41,807 bases of DNA from a virus (Duplodnaviria; Caudoviricetes). The DNA is taken from the IMG/VR virus record IMGVR_UViG_3300027608_000064, positions 1 through 41,807 of that record. One strand, 5' to 3'. Positions 27,053-37,139 of the stretch are shown here, in pieces (positions within the stretch are counted from its first letter, which is position 1; every line of letters begins with the position of its first letter). Position numbers and translations under genes: made by a program. Below the pieces are notes generated by a model. The model was given only the letters and a program-made list of their open reading frames with translations, searched no databases and was not told the DNA's origin.

Positions 27053-27733
27053 TTGCGTTGAAGTTTTGTAGGACTTCGGAGGCTGAAAGTGTGCGGCTAT
27101 ATAAAACCATATTTGCTATGGATAAATTTCCAAAGTTTTGAGAACCGTTAAAGGATGATAAGTAATTAGTATTTGTGGATGGAGTAAACGTTAAACTAGC
27201 GTATGTGTTTGTAAATCTACTAGTACCATCTAAGTATCCTTGGGTGGTTGCACCAACAGTATAATATAAGAAATGCCAATTAGTATCATTAACTACAATT
27301 TGTGAGTTTGTTCTAATAGTTCGATTAGCCCCCCCCCAACACCAGCATACAATTCAAAGGTATTTGATACATAACCGTATACCACTGAAAATTGATTATC
27401 CGCCCCGCCATTTGTTAATTTAGAAAAAAGATACCGGTTTTGAGAGCTTGTATTAGATAATTTTACCCAAAATCCAATAGTAAATCCACTATTATATGTG
27501 GAAAAATTTATATTTGTCCCTAAATTTGCATAATCATTTACCCCATCAAAAACAATACTCCCACCATTTTCACTATTAAAAGTAGGACCATTCGTTAAAG
27601 TTCCATTATTCCCACTTCTACTAACATTATTCCAAATGGTTGATCCAGAAACATAGGATTTAGTGTTTGATGCGTCCAAATATAATACAAGACCATTAGT
27701 TACAATATTAACACCACCACCTACAGTACTCAT
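27030..27733 (-). pseudogene. LamG/concanavalin-A-like protein frameshifted at a G9 tract (27329-27337)
   Basis: The 5' part matches its paralogs (GLVLYLDA.NT.SY). The -1 frame after the tract continues ANRTIRTNSQ...WHF...YSRTLSASEVLQNFNATKSRFGL-stop(27030), matching the paralog C-termini. Confidence 0.85.
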
Positions 27734-27996
27734 ACTAATTCATCATTTGAAGTCCATTCAGGACCACCCAGTATTGTTATTATTTCATCATACGTGTAAG
27801 GACCTTCCTTTGTTGTTAGATTCTCAACACTTGATGGTATTGTATTTCCATCCCATTTTACAAATGTCTTTGTTCCGTCAACAGATCTTCTAACAGTATC
27901 AATTGAGGTTTCTAAGACTTGTGTAAAGTCTATTGTGTTTAATTCTGATACGTTAAATATCATAAATTCTCTGTTTGGGTATTCTTGTGTTTCCAT
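27730..27996 (-). CDS. Small acidic protein accompanying the LamG genes
   Basis: 88 aa: IDFTQVLETSIDTVRRSVDGTKTFVKW...GPYTYDEI. TATTTAT motif upstream. Confidence 0.7.
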   Translation of the reverse strand: METQEYPNREFMIFNVSELNTIDFTQVLETSIDTVRRSVDGTKTFVKWDGNTIPSSVENLTTKEGPYTYDEIITILGGPEWTSNDELV

Positions 27997-28011
27997 AATT
28001 ATAAATATTTG

Positions 28012-28743
28012 TTATAAACCAAACCGACCTTTAGTTGCGTTGTAGTTTTGTAAAACTTCTGTCGCGGATAGAGCGCGGTTATATATTTTTGATAAATAAA
28101 TATTACCAGAAAAGAAAGAATCGGCAATCCCTGTTCTATGTACAAACCTAACGCCGATTGTTAATTGTTGTGTACTATTTTGTATTGTTCCTGATGCGGA
28201 TAATCCAGAACCACTTTCAATACCGTTTACAAAAATTCTCATAATCGCTCCGTTATATGTGCACACAATATGGTATATTTGATTTAAATTAATTAGTATG
28301 TTTGTTGGACTATATGTTGGTGTTGATGATCCTATTCTCATTCTGAATGAAGGTATATTTGCTGTTGTGTTATTAGCTAAATTTAATTCATAAACACCAC
28401 TATTTAGGTCTGTCGATAATCCTTTACTAAATAAATTATCTCCGTGTGTTGCGTTTGCCAAAGAGGTAGACTTAAACCATGTTTCTAAAGTGATTTGTGA
28501 AGTAATATTTAATGATGGTGTTAATCCGGTTGGTGTTATAAAATAATCATCAATTCCATCAAATACAATACTCCCACCATTTTCACTATTAAATGTGGGA
28601 CCATTTGTTAACGTTCCATTATTTTCATCACGAGATAAATCATCCCAAGTGGTTGATCCGCTAACATAGGATTTAGTGTTTGCTGCATCTAAATACAACA
28701 CTAAACTGTCTTTTATTATGTAAGGTGCAATATTTCCTGCCAT
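28012..28743 (-). CDS. LamG/ConA-like domain virion protein
   Basis: LVLYLDAANTKSY, ITLETWFK, YHIVCTYNG...IFVNG and IYNRALSATEVLQNYNA. Confidence 0.85.
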   Translation of the reverse strand: MAGNIAPYIIKDSLVLYLDAANTKSYVSGSTTWDDLSRDENNGTLTNGPTFNSENGGSIVFDGIDDYFITPTGLTPSLNITSQITLETWFKSTSLANATHGDNLFSKGLSTDLNSGVYELNLANNTTANIPSFRMRIGSSTPTYSPTNILINLNQIYHIVCTYNGAIMRIFVNGIESGSGLSASGTIQNSTQQLTIGVRFVHRTGIADSFFSGNIYLSKIYNRALSATEVLQNYNATKGRFGL

Positions 28744-29474
28744 TATAATCCGAATCTATTTTTTAGTGCATTATAGTTTCTATTAACTTCCGCGGTGGTT
28801 AACGCCCTATTATAAATTCTTATATTAGAGTTATCCGCATTAGTATAAAAAGCATCAACCGCACTATTATTTATCCTTAAATTTCTTCCAACATTATTTA
28901 TAACTGACGAAGAAGAAAACCCACTTGGCGATACATCTTGCTTTAATTCTCCATTAAGATATGTTTTTAAAGAACCTCCGTTTCTAACGCCAACCAACTG
29001 ATACCAAACATTTATTGATAATTGATCAACACTAATACCTGTTGAATATATTGTGGTACCAACAACAACAGAGAAACCGTAACTATCGACGTTTGTGTTT
29101 CCGATACTTAAAACCCATTCGTTTGTGCTAGGTGAGGTTCCCGTGTTCCATTTATTGACACCCCAAATGTTATCATTACCAGCACCAACCGATGTCGATA
29201 GCTTTCTAAACCAATATTCAACTGTAAAATTATTTGATCCAAAATCTAATATTGTATTATCAAGTACTTCTATATAATCGTCAGAACCATCGCATCTAAG
29301 GTATCCATTATTTGTGTTTGAAAATGTGGGACCATTCACTAAATTACCGTTTAGATTATTACCCGTTAAATCATACCAAATTGTTGATCCGGACACATAC
29401 GAACGCGTATTAGCAGCATCTAAGTAAAGCACTAAACTATCGGTTACAATATTTGGACTAAAATTGAAACTCAT
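28743..29474 (-). CDS. LamG/ConA-like domain virion protein
   Basis: FTVEYWF, WYQLVGVR...YLNG and RIYNRALT..EV..NYNA. Confidence 0.85.
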   Translation of the reverse strand: MSFNFSPNIVTDSLVLYLDAANTRSYVSGSTIWYDLTGNNLNGNLVNGPTFSNTNNGYLRCDGSDDYIEVLDNTILDFGSNNFTVEYWFRKLSTSVGAGNDNIWGVNKWNTGTSPSTNEWVLSIGNTNVDSYGFSVVVGTTIYSTGISVDQLSINVWYQLVGVRNGGSLKTYLNGELKQDVSPSGFSSSSVINNVGRNLRINNSAVDAFYTNADNSNIRIYNRALTTAEVNRNYNALKNRFGL

Positions 29475-30560
29475 TTATATACTCCTTACAATTGTCTTTA
29501 ATGTCCATCCGGTAGTTGTTGCCGAACTACTAAGAACCGCGTCGTTTCCTGATACCGCAACTGTAAATGTTACTCCCGTTGTTGTGCCAATATCGTTTGT
29601 TGATGTTTCAGTAAAGTTTGCACTTGTTCCACTCCATATTGTCATAATATTTCCTGCCCTTGCTCCCGTTGTTCCCGTACTAACTAATGTATAATCAATA
29701 AATGCTCCTGTGTACGCACTTGTTGGAATTGAATAAACGGTATTTGTTCCTGCAGTTAAAGAAACCTTTGTTGTTGTGTTTAATGATGGTGCCTGATACG
29801 AACCCATCAACGTTGTGTTATCAGAAAATACCTCTAAAATTGGTAATCCCGATATATCATTCACACTAAATAATGAACCAACCAAACTGTCATTTACACT
29901 AAATAACTCACCACTTGATCCTTGAACTGTAAATAATGGAGAAGTAGTTGAATTTCCTGATCCGATAACTGTTAATATGTTTTGTCCTGACCCTGAAATG
30001 TAACCCGTCGTTCCGGTAAATGCCCTTACATTTGTATTTCCCGTCACAGTTAAATTACCATTTATAGTTAATCCCGTTACTGTATTAAATATAGTACTAA
30101 AGGTTCCTCCGGTGTTATTTGTAAATGTAAAAGTATTATTTGAATTTGTTACACCGGTTACTCTAACATCTGTTGGTAAATTTTGGTAGGTCGTTGCACT
30201 TATTGTGGTGGCAGTTATTCCTTGAGTAAATATTGTATTTCCTGTGACAGTTCCACCACTTAATGGTAAATAATCACCAACCACACTACTACCCCCACTA
30301 AAAGTGACTCCAGTTATATTAAACGTCCCTCCCGTGTTATTTGTTATTGTTATTGTTCCAGCAGAGTATGTTCCGCCAGTTACAAAAACATCAGTATTTC
30401 CCGTAAGACCACTAATTAAATAGGTTTGTAAATCTGATATATATGTATGAACCGTATCTCCTGTTGCGGCACTAAAATAGGTAACCAAAGGAACCAACGT
30501 ATTTCCTGAAATCTTAGGTACACCAATATATGGTAATTCTGATATTTTTTTATTCGCCAT
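29475..30560 (-). CDS. Tail fibre-like structural protein
   Basis: N-terminal ANKKISELP, Thr/Gly-rich, with YLPLSGGTVTG fibre motif. Confidence 0.7.
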   Translation of the reverse strand: MANKKISELPYIGVPKISGNTLVPLVTYFSAATGDTVHTYISDLQTYLISGLTGNTDVFVTGGTYSAGTITITNNTGGTFNITGVTFSGGSSVVGDYLPLSGGTVTGNTIFTQGITATTISATTYQNLPTDVRVTGVTNSNNTFTFTNNTGGTFSTIFNTVTGLTINGNLTVTGNTNVRAFTGTTGYISGSGQNILTVIGSGNSTTSPLFTVQGSSGELFSVNDSLVGSLFSVNDISGLPILEVFSDNTTLMGSYQAPSLNTTTKVSLTAGTNTVYSIPTSAYTGAFIDYTLVSTGTTGARAGNIMTIWSGTSANFTETSTNDIGTTTGVTFTVAVSGNDAVLSSSATTTGWTLKTIVRSI

Positions 30561-30594
30561 CTACTTTTATTTAATAAATATAACATAGTAAGAT

Positions 30595-30726
30595 TTATAA
30601 CACATTATCAACGACGACATCATAACCCAATTGATTAAAACCAAGTTTAGTATAATCTAATACCGTTTGAACTGTTCGTTCTTCACCTACTTGTAATTGA
30701 GTATAAAAATTCCCATAGTTTTTCAC
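30595..30726 (-). pseudogene. 43-codon ORF or gene remnant directly in frame after the stop of 30727..31848
   Basis: VKNYGNFYTQLQVGEERTVQTVLDYTKLGFNQLGYDVVVDNVL-stop fills the gap exactly. Confidence 0.4.
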
Positions 30727-31848
30727 TTAAATAACATACGAAGCCAATAATGCCCCCATATCAGTTACACTAATAACTGCGGTGCCTACTGTATTATCGG
30801 TTGGAACTCCAACACCAACTGAAGAAGGTGGTGGTACTTTTAATGTTCCTGTTAATGTACCAGTGGCGTAAACTATACCATCCCTAACATTAGCCACAAT
30901 AGGTATGTCAGTTGTTATCGGGTCAACAAGTATTTGATTTGTATTGTTTGCCTTTCTTACTGTTACAGTGGGTGCGGTGTTTTTAAATTTAATAAAACCA
31001 GCAACTGGCATACCACCACTCGTGCTAAGTGACATTGTTGAAATAGTAACATTTGATGCTGTATCGGTTACATAAAGTCCTACACTATTTGATGATGTTG
31101 AGCCAAATATGTTGCCGTTAAAAGTTGCTGTTGAGTTAACTATAATACAAGCATACGTGTTAGTTCCTCCACCAACACCAGTACAATCAGAATTTACGGT
31201 GTGAGTACCTCCATTTAACCTAACACCACTTGAATTAACTGCACTACCCGCAATTATACTTCCATTTAATATTGTATTACCAAGAGACTGAATACCATAA
31301 CAACCGGCTGTACCCGCACCTCCAGTCGCAATTCCTGTAAATGTTAAATTACCCGTACTTGTTATGTTAATAGCTGCTGCTCCACTTGGATTACCTATAC
31401 CGGCATTTGCGTTTCCAACAAAGATAACAGTACCTGCTGAATTTAATGCTGCGGGCGCACCACCACCAGCAGTTGGTGCTAATGAGTTTCCTGTTACGTT
31501 AAGTATAGAACCCGCATTAGTAAAACTTACAGCAAATTGAGAAAATTGAGCACCTCCTGTTATATTACCAATAAGTGTTACGGTATTACCCACCGTTGAT
31601 GTTAAAACGTTAGTGGTTCCTGCAATAATATTACAAATTAAAGTTCTACTTGTGGATACGACAAAAGAACCACCAGCGTTGGCAGGTAGTAATTGTGCTG
31701 TAGATAACTGCAGAACATCTATATCCACATCTATTGTGACGGTAAAACCATTAGCCCTAACATCATCAGTAGGGACTGGAACAGTGCCACCATTCCAATT
31801 GGCAGCATTACTCCAAACTCCATTCGCTAAAGGGTATTTTAAAGCCAT
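30727..31848 (-). CDS. Gly/Asn/Thr-rich beta-helix-like fibre/adhesin, paralog 1
   Basis: N-terminus MALKYPLANG.WSNAANWNGGTVP and the C-terminus are shared with 31892..33070. Confidence 0.7.
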   Translation of the reverse strand: MALKYPLANGVWSNAANWNGGTVPVPTDDVRANGFTVTIDVDIDVLQLSTAQLLPANAGGSFVVSTSRTLICNIIAGTTNVLTSTVGNTVTLIGNITGGAQFSQFAVSFTNAGSILNVTGNSLAPTAGGGAPAALNSAGTVIFVGNANAGIGNPSGAAAINITSTGNLTFTGIATGGAGTAGCYGIQSLGNTILNGSIIAGSAVNSSGVRLNGGTHTVNSDCTGVGGGTNTYACIIVNSTATFNGNIFGSTSSNSVGLYVTDTASNVTISTMSLSTSGGMPVAGFIKFKNTAPTVTVRKANNTNQILVDPITTDIPIVANVRDGIVYATGTLTGTLKVPPPSSVGVGVPTDNTVGTAVISVTDMGALLASYVI

Positions 31849-31891
31849 TTTATTTTATTTTTAATTTTATTTATTTTAAAATCTATCATTG

Positions 31892-33070
31892 TTAAACTAT
31901 ATATGATGCTAATAATGTCCCCATATCACCAATTGTAATAACCCCAGAACCTACTGTGTTATCTGTCGGTACTCCAAGTGCAACCGTAAGTGGTGAAGGA
32001 ACTTTAAACGTACCAGTTAAAGAACCTGTTGCGTAAACTATACCATCTCTAACATTCCCTACTATTGGAATATCAGTTGTTGATGGGTCAACAAGTGTTT
32101 GGTTCGTATTATTCGCTTTTCTTACTGTTACAGTGGGGGCTGTATTTTTAAATTTAACAAACCCATAAATCGGGGTAGTTCCAATTACACTAAATGTCAT
32201 CGTTGAAACAGTAACAACTGATGCTGTATCGGTTACAAATAATCCCTGTGATGCTGATGATGCTGAACCACTAATGTTACCATTAAATGTGGCTGTTGTG
32301 TTTGTTAGTTGAGCTCCAAGTGCACCATTACCACCAGTAACAGTACCATTTACTGTTAGCGTTCCTGCTATTGTTATAATACCGTGACAACTTGCCGAAC
32401 CACCACCAGTAACATTAGAATTAATGGTGTGAATACCAGCAGTTATTCTTAAACCTGAACTACTACCAACACTACCGCCGACTATTGTTCCATTATATGT
32501 GCCGTTACCAGCAGTTAAAATACCGTAAGATGGATTAATAGCACTACCCCCTTGAATAGTTCCTGTAAAGTTTAGTATACCACCAACATTTATATTAATT
32601 GCGGCGGAATTAAAACCTGTTGCAGAACCTGTTGCATTTCCAATAAAGTTAAGGGTGCCGGATGTATTAATTCCAAACTGAACATTTACAGAACTACCAG
32701 CAACAACGTTACCCGTTACATTTAAGATAGAACCTACATTAGTAAAATTTATACCATGTATTACATTCCCACTACCCGCATTAATGTTACCAATAACGGT
32801 TACAATTATAGCACTTGCTGATGTTAAACAACTTGTATTTCCCGCATTAATGTTAGCTGTTATGTTACGGCTACTATTCACAGCAAAAGTGCCCCCAGCA
32901 ACAGCGGGTGCCAATGCAACGGTAGCTATTTGTGATACATCTATATCTACATCTATTGTGACTGTAAAACCATTTGCTCTTACATCATCACCAAGAGCTG
33001 GTACTGTACCACCATTCCAATTGGCGGCATTACTCCAGTTACCATTTGCTAAAGGATATTTTAAAGCCAT
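31892..33070 (-). CDS. Gly/Asn/Thr-rich beta-helix-like fibre/adhesin, paralog 2
   Basis: Tandem paralog with one extra central repeat unit. Confidence 0.7.
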   Translation of the reverse strand: MALKYPLANGNWSNAANWNGGTVPALGDDVRANGFTVTIDVDIDVSQIATVALAPAVAGGTFAVNSSRNITANINAGNTSCLTSASAIIVTVIGNINAGSGNVIHGINFTNVGSILNVTGNVVAGSSVNVQFGINTSGTLNFIGNATGSATGFNSAAININVGGILNFTGTIQGGSAINPSYGILTAGNGTYNGTIVGGSVGSSSGLRITAGIHTINSNVTGGGSASCHGIITIAGTLTVNGTVTGGNGALGAQLTNTTATFNGNISGSASSASQGLFVTDTASVVTVSTMTFSVIGTTPIYGFVKFKNTAPTVTVRKANNTNQTLVDPSTTDIPIVGNVRDGIVYATGSLTGTFKVPSPLTVALGVPTDNTVGSGVITIGDMGTLLASYIV

Positions 33071-33243
33071 TTGTCAATGAATATTTTTTGTTCAATTAAT
33101 GCCACTTCAAGGGTGATTTGTGTTTTTGTTTCAGATTGTTCGTCAATTCGGTTTCCCTCACCATCTAATTTCCAACAAGAACATACTAAAGCGTAATTAT
33201 CACCGTTAGTACAATTTATTACGAAGCTAAATTTTGTTTCCAT
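33061..33243 (-). CDS. Small hypothetical protein
   Basis: 60 aa with an A-rich leader; overlaps the next start codon. Confidence 0.55.
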   Translation of the reverse strand: METKFSFVINCTNGDNYALVCSCWKLDGEGNRIDEQSETKTQITLEVALIEQKIFIDKWL

Positions 33244-33265
33244 TTTATTTTATTTTATTTTTTAT

Positions 33266-34591
33266 TTATGAATATATTAAAATATATCTATCATCCCAAG
33301 AACCAATAGCCGTTAATGTTATTGGTGAACCTGATGTTGTATAGTCAACTCGTTTTATAATCCAATTTGGGGTTGAGTTTAATGTATAGAGTGGTGCCGT
33401 ACCCCCATAAAAATATGGATAAACATAATCCGAATTTCTCTCATATGTAAATCCTGTTATTTGAATTTGGTTATTATCATTTCTATTTAAGGTTAATGTA
33501 TCCCCAGTAAAATTATATGTTCCACCTGTTACATATATGTCAGTTGTTGATATAACTGTATTTTCCCATAATGAAGTTGTAGAATTATATTGTATTACAT
33601 TACCATTAACTGGACTTGTAATTAACACATCGTGTAATTCTCCTAACTCATAACTATGGTCGACTTTAACAAAAATAGAACCTTGTGTAATGTGAGCCGA
33701 AACAACATAACCTATTACAATTAAATAATCAGGAGCTATAGGTTTAACATTTGTAATATTACCTGCCGTTGTTGGGCTTAAATATACAACATCACCATCT
33801 GCCCACGTTTCAGACTGTAAAGAACCAGTAGTATTAATTCCACGAACCAATCCGCTTGTTGTTATAAACCCCTCTTGATTGTTATTTATTGTTTCTGTTA
33901 CTAATCCAATAGTTTCCATACTTAAGGCTCCATTTGTTGCCTGTGCTAAATCTACTTTTAATCTTTGCCCTTGTGCCCCCGTTACCCTTACCGCTTGATA
34001 ATTAGCTTCTAATAAATTAACATTTGTAGCCGTTTTATTAACTACTCTTATAACTTGTTCCTGACCGACTTGTAAAGTTACATTGCCACCTTTTAAACCT
34101 AAATTTAATGTTCCATCTTGATTGTTCCATATTAATCTACCAATATCTCCTGCTTGTGCTGCTGATGTGTTGAAGTCAATATAATCTACATCATCAATAG
34201 ATGTTACATCCAAATTACCGTTGATGGTTAAACCAGTCATTGTGTTGATGGTTGCGTTGAATGTATTACCACTATTATCTAAAATGGTAAATGTATTATT
34301 GTTATACGTAAAACCTGTTACGAATTGGTTGTCATCGGTTTCCCCCGTATAAAACCCTAAAACATTAAATGTTCCTCCAGTGTTATTAGTGAATGTTGCA
34401 GTACCAGTATTATTATCGTATGTACCACCTGTTACTCTAACATCTGTCGGTAAATTATTATATGTTGTTGCAGATATTGTTGTTGCTGTTAACCCACCAA
34501 CAATTGTATTACCGGTTACCGTTAAATTTGCGATTGTGCCTCCAGTAAAAGGTGTAACTTGTGGCTTCGCTTTAAAATATAAATTATTCAT
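33266..34591 (-). CDS. Tail fibre-like mosaic protein
   Basis: TATTISATTY.NLPTDVRVTGGTY module, a central GQEQVIRV...GFITTSGLVR...GDVVYLS domain, and ELGELHDV.I..P.NG repeat. Confidence 0.7.
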   Translation of the reverse strand: MNNLYFKAKPQVTPFTGGTIANLTVTGNTIVGGLTATTISATTYNNLPTDVRVTGGTYDNNTGTATFTNNTGGTFNVLGFYTGETDDNQFVTGFTYNNNTFTILDNSGNTFNATINTMTGLTINGNLDVTSIDDVDYIDFNTSAAQAGDIGRLIWNNQDGTLNLGLKGGNVTLQVGQEQVIRVVNKTATNVNLLEANYQAVRVTGAQGQRLKVDLAQATNGALSMETIGLVTETINNNQEGFITTSGLVRGINTTGSLQSETWADGDVVYLSPTTAGNITNVKPIAPDYLIVIGYVVSAHITQGSIFVKVDHSYELGELHDVLITSPVNGNVIQYNSTTSLWENTVISTTDIYVTGGTYNFTGDTLTLNRNDNNQIQITGFTYERNSDYVYPYFYGGTAPLYTLNSTPNWIIKRVDYTTSGSPITLTAIGSWDDRYILIYS

Positions 34592-35385
34592 TATTCCTCT
34601 ATGTTTAATAATACAACCGAATTAATATCCGATATTATTGTGATTTTATCACCACTTGATATTGGTTGGTTTAAATTATAACTAATATCGTTAACTAAAA
34701 TAGTAATACTTGGCGTGTTTTTGATATTGTCAATTGAAGTGATTCTAAAATTTGTTACGGGATAAATATCAATACTGTTTGAGTCCATAAAATCAATTGT
34801 CCAGCTAGTGTTACCACTAACACTACTAATCCCTTTGTTCATCCAAAGAGATTCGTCTGTGTCCCAAACTAATGCGTCGCCGTTACTTGGATTGGTTATT
34901 TTTATGTTGTGTAATTCTTCAAGTTCAAAACCAAGATTAATATCAACATTTAAAATACCATTAACACCTGATTTAATTACAGTTCCAAGATAAACCTCCG
35001 GAAGTGGTGCAATTGGTTTAATGTTTGTGAATGTACCACCGCTACACAAATAAATCACATTACCATCTGAAAAATCACTTAAATCAACATTTCTAAATAT
35101 CCCCTTTGTTACAACATAACCATCGGTATTACCACTCATATTATGAGCAACAAACCCTAACGTTCCTTCAGATGTTAGATAGGAAGAGTGATCGGCGATT
35201 TCCAAAGTTGGAAATGTTTGGGACCCATTTAAATAAACAACAGTGCCGGGTGGGATTAAATTTTCCGTATCGTTTTTAACTCTAATTACCATTTGTTGTC
35301 CAAACTCAATGAAAAAACCCGGAACATCTGTCCTTATTTTCATTGTTTTAGTGTCCTCCGTCCAATGTATTGTTCTTGTTGACAT
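34591..35385 (-). CDS. Tail fibre-related mosaic protein
   Basis: Shares its central domain with 33266..34591 and its C-terminal WT.DFMDS domain with 35389..36279. Confidence 0.7.
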   Translation of the reverse strand: MSTRTIHWTEDTKTMKIRTDVPGFFIEFGQQMVIRVKNDTENLIPPGTVVYLNGSQTFPTLEIADHSSYLTSEGTLGFVAHNMSGNTDGYVVTKGIFRNVDLSDFSDGNVIYLCSGGTFTNIKPIAPLPEVYLGTVIKSGVNGILNVDINLGFELEELHNIKITNPSNGDALVWDTDESLWMNKGISSVSGNTSWTIDFMDSNSIDIYPVTNFRITSIDNIKNTPSITILVNDISYNLNQPISSGDKITIISDINSVVLLNIEE

Positions 35386-35388
35386 ATA

Positions 35389-36279
35389 TTATAAATAGTT
35401 TGTTATATTAAATTGAATGACCGAGTTAATATCGGTTGTTACATTAATTTTATTACCACTAGTAATTAATGTTGCTGGTGTGTACGGTGAATTATTAACT
35501 AATATTGTCGTTGTTGGACTATTAACCAAATTAATAATACTATCAATTGAAATATCATTAGGTGCGTAAATCTCAAGAGCTAATGAATCCATAAAATCCA
35601 ACGTCCATTGTGTGTAGATAATAAATGCAGTTGTTGCTGTTAATCCACTCTCAATAACAATGTCACCTTGAAAAGTCCTTGTACCTCCACTACCTGGTGC
35701 AACAATATCCTTTAATCTAATTTTATTTGTTAAAGCGTCTAACTCAATTGTTAATTCATCAGCCTCAGCAAGACCATCAATTGCGTTATTAAGATCTTCA
35801 GTTAAACCTGTTACAGGAAAATTACCAACCGTATTATAATCAAATATTATTGTTCCGCCAGTATAGTAAGTACCACCTGTCACTCTAACATCTGTTGGTA
35901 AATTAGAATATGTTGTGGCTGATATTGTATTAGTAGTAATCCCACTTGTGAATGTTGTGGATCCGGTTACGGTACCTCCAGATAATGGTAAATAATTACC
36001 ACTCACAGAACCACCAGTATTAAAAACCGACCAATCGGTAAAATCAAAATTCCATGGCGAAGAATTAAGTTTGTAATACGCAGTACCACCACTAACACCC
36101 ACAACCATTCCTGCGCGTCTTCTAAGTTCAGGAATAATATCTAAATCAGAAAGTGTGTTAACGTTTCTAAAACCATCGATACCATATAATGGGTCGATCA
36201 CCGGATAAGTATCCAATGGATCGGTAGGGGATATAAACCCTACAACCTCGACTCCCCCTGATAAACTAAATATACCCAT
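35389..36279 (-). CDS. Tail fibre-related protein
   Basis: IPELRRRAGMVV.V motif, YLPLSGGTVTG, and a C-terminal WTLDFMDS domain. Confidence 0.7.
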   Translation of the reverse strand: MGIFSLSGGVEVVGFISPTDPLDTYPVIDPLYGIDGFRNVNTLSDLDIIPELRRRAGMVVGVSGGTAYYKLNSSPWNFDFTDWSVFNTGGSVSGNYLPLSGGTVTGSTTFTSGITTNTISATTYSNLPTDVRVTGGTYYTGGTIIFDYNTVGNFPVTGLTEDLNNAIDGLAEADELTIELDALTNKIRLKDIVAPGSGGTRTFQGDIVIESGLTATTAFIIYTQWTLDFMDSLALEIYAPNDISIDSIINLVNSPTTTILVNNSPYTPATLITSGNKINVTTDINSVIQFNITNYL

Positions 36280-37061
36280 TAATCACACATCCAACTTGTT
36301 AATGTTCCATTGAACCTAAAGAATGTCCTATAAACGTTATACGTCACAGGAACATTATTAATATTATTTATTATTACTTGACCAATATTGTTTGTTGGTA
36401 TTTGAATACCAGTACATCCACCTGTGCTATCTATAAATTCTGTTGGTTGTGTAAATGTTACAGGTATAATTGTATATCCATACCCTAATCCCACACCAAA
36501 TGGTACATAACCGTTAACCGCAATATTTGTGGTTACAAACGTTAAGTTACTTACCACATCACCACTCGTAATTGATGTGTTGTTGAATTTACCATAATAG
36601 AACCCTTGACCACTTGGTGTTGGGGTGGATGTAGGAGTAGGGGTAGGAGTAGGTGTTGGTATTGGTGTTTGTGTTAGAGTCGGTATTGGTCCTATATTTT
36701 TATTTGGTCCACAACAAAAATCCACATTACTGATCGACTCTAAAACGTTTATAAATATTTTATTTCTCAAAGGCATATCGATTAAACCTTGATCTGAATA
36801 TATTTTAAATCCACCTTCATACCTACCAACAGTATTAGTATTTTTTTTTGTAAATTGGTAATAAATGGAATTATCAGTTGTTGAAAAAGTTGCAATTGAA
36901 TTTGAAATTTTATAAAATCCTGTCTCCACATTTTTCATGTAGAAATAAATGGTATTACCACTAAGGTTCGTTCCAACATAATTATAGTCAGTCCTTCCGT
37001 CCTTAATTAAATTAACCTCAATAAATGGTAATGTCGCACCTTTTCTAATATTAAATTCCAT
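36279..37061 (-). CDS. BppU-like baseplate/fibre attachment protein with a Pro-Thr linker
   Basis: F.I.KG.TLP.I...L...YQF...T...G.YEG.F.I N-terminal domain and a (PT)n linker at about 36614-36690. Confidence 0.6.
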   Translation of the reverse strand: MEFNIRKGATLPFIEVNLIKDGRTDYNYVGTNLSGNTIYFYMKNVETGFYKISNSIATFSTTDNSIYYQFTKKNTNTVGRYEGGFKIYSDQGLIDMPLRNKIFINVLESISNVDFCCGPNKNIGPIPTLTQTPIPTPTPTPTPTSTPTPSGQGFYYGKFNNTSITSGDVVSNLTFVTTNIAVNGYVPFGVGLGYGYTIIPVTFTQPTEFIDSTGGCTGIQIPTNNIGQVIINNINNVPVTYNVYRTFFRFNGTLTSWMCD

Positions 37062-37080
37062 ATTATATAAATACCCTAAT

Positions 37081-37116
37081 AAAAGAAAAGGTATTCCTCT
37101 CGGAACACCTTTCTTA
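37081..37116 (-). terminator. Intrinsic terminator downstream of 37182..39839
   Basis: Minus strand AAAGGTGTTCC-GAGA-GGAATACCTTT then TCTTTT; GNRA loop. Confidence 0.75.
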
Positions 37117-37121
37117 GATTT

Positions 37122-37139
37122 TGGAACACCTCCCTTTCT
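37122..37139 (-). other. Element complementary to the Bacteroidota 16S rRNA 3' tail (extended SD, no downstream start)
   Basis: The plus strand reads TGGAACACCTCCCTTTCT. The Bacteroidota 16S 3' end, as recalled, is TGGAACACCTCCTTTCT, a difference of one extra C. Confidence 0.6.

Noticed and set aside
27030-33070. Diversity-generating retroelement acting on the paralogs
   Set aside because: No reverse transcriptase in the window and no repeat pair that I could see differing only at adenines.
37122-37139. 16S rRNA gene fragment, or SD for a GTG-start mini-ORF
   Set aside because: No helix 45 or other rRNA sequence flanks the match. The only GTG lies within the pairing region itself and its frame runs through the terminator.
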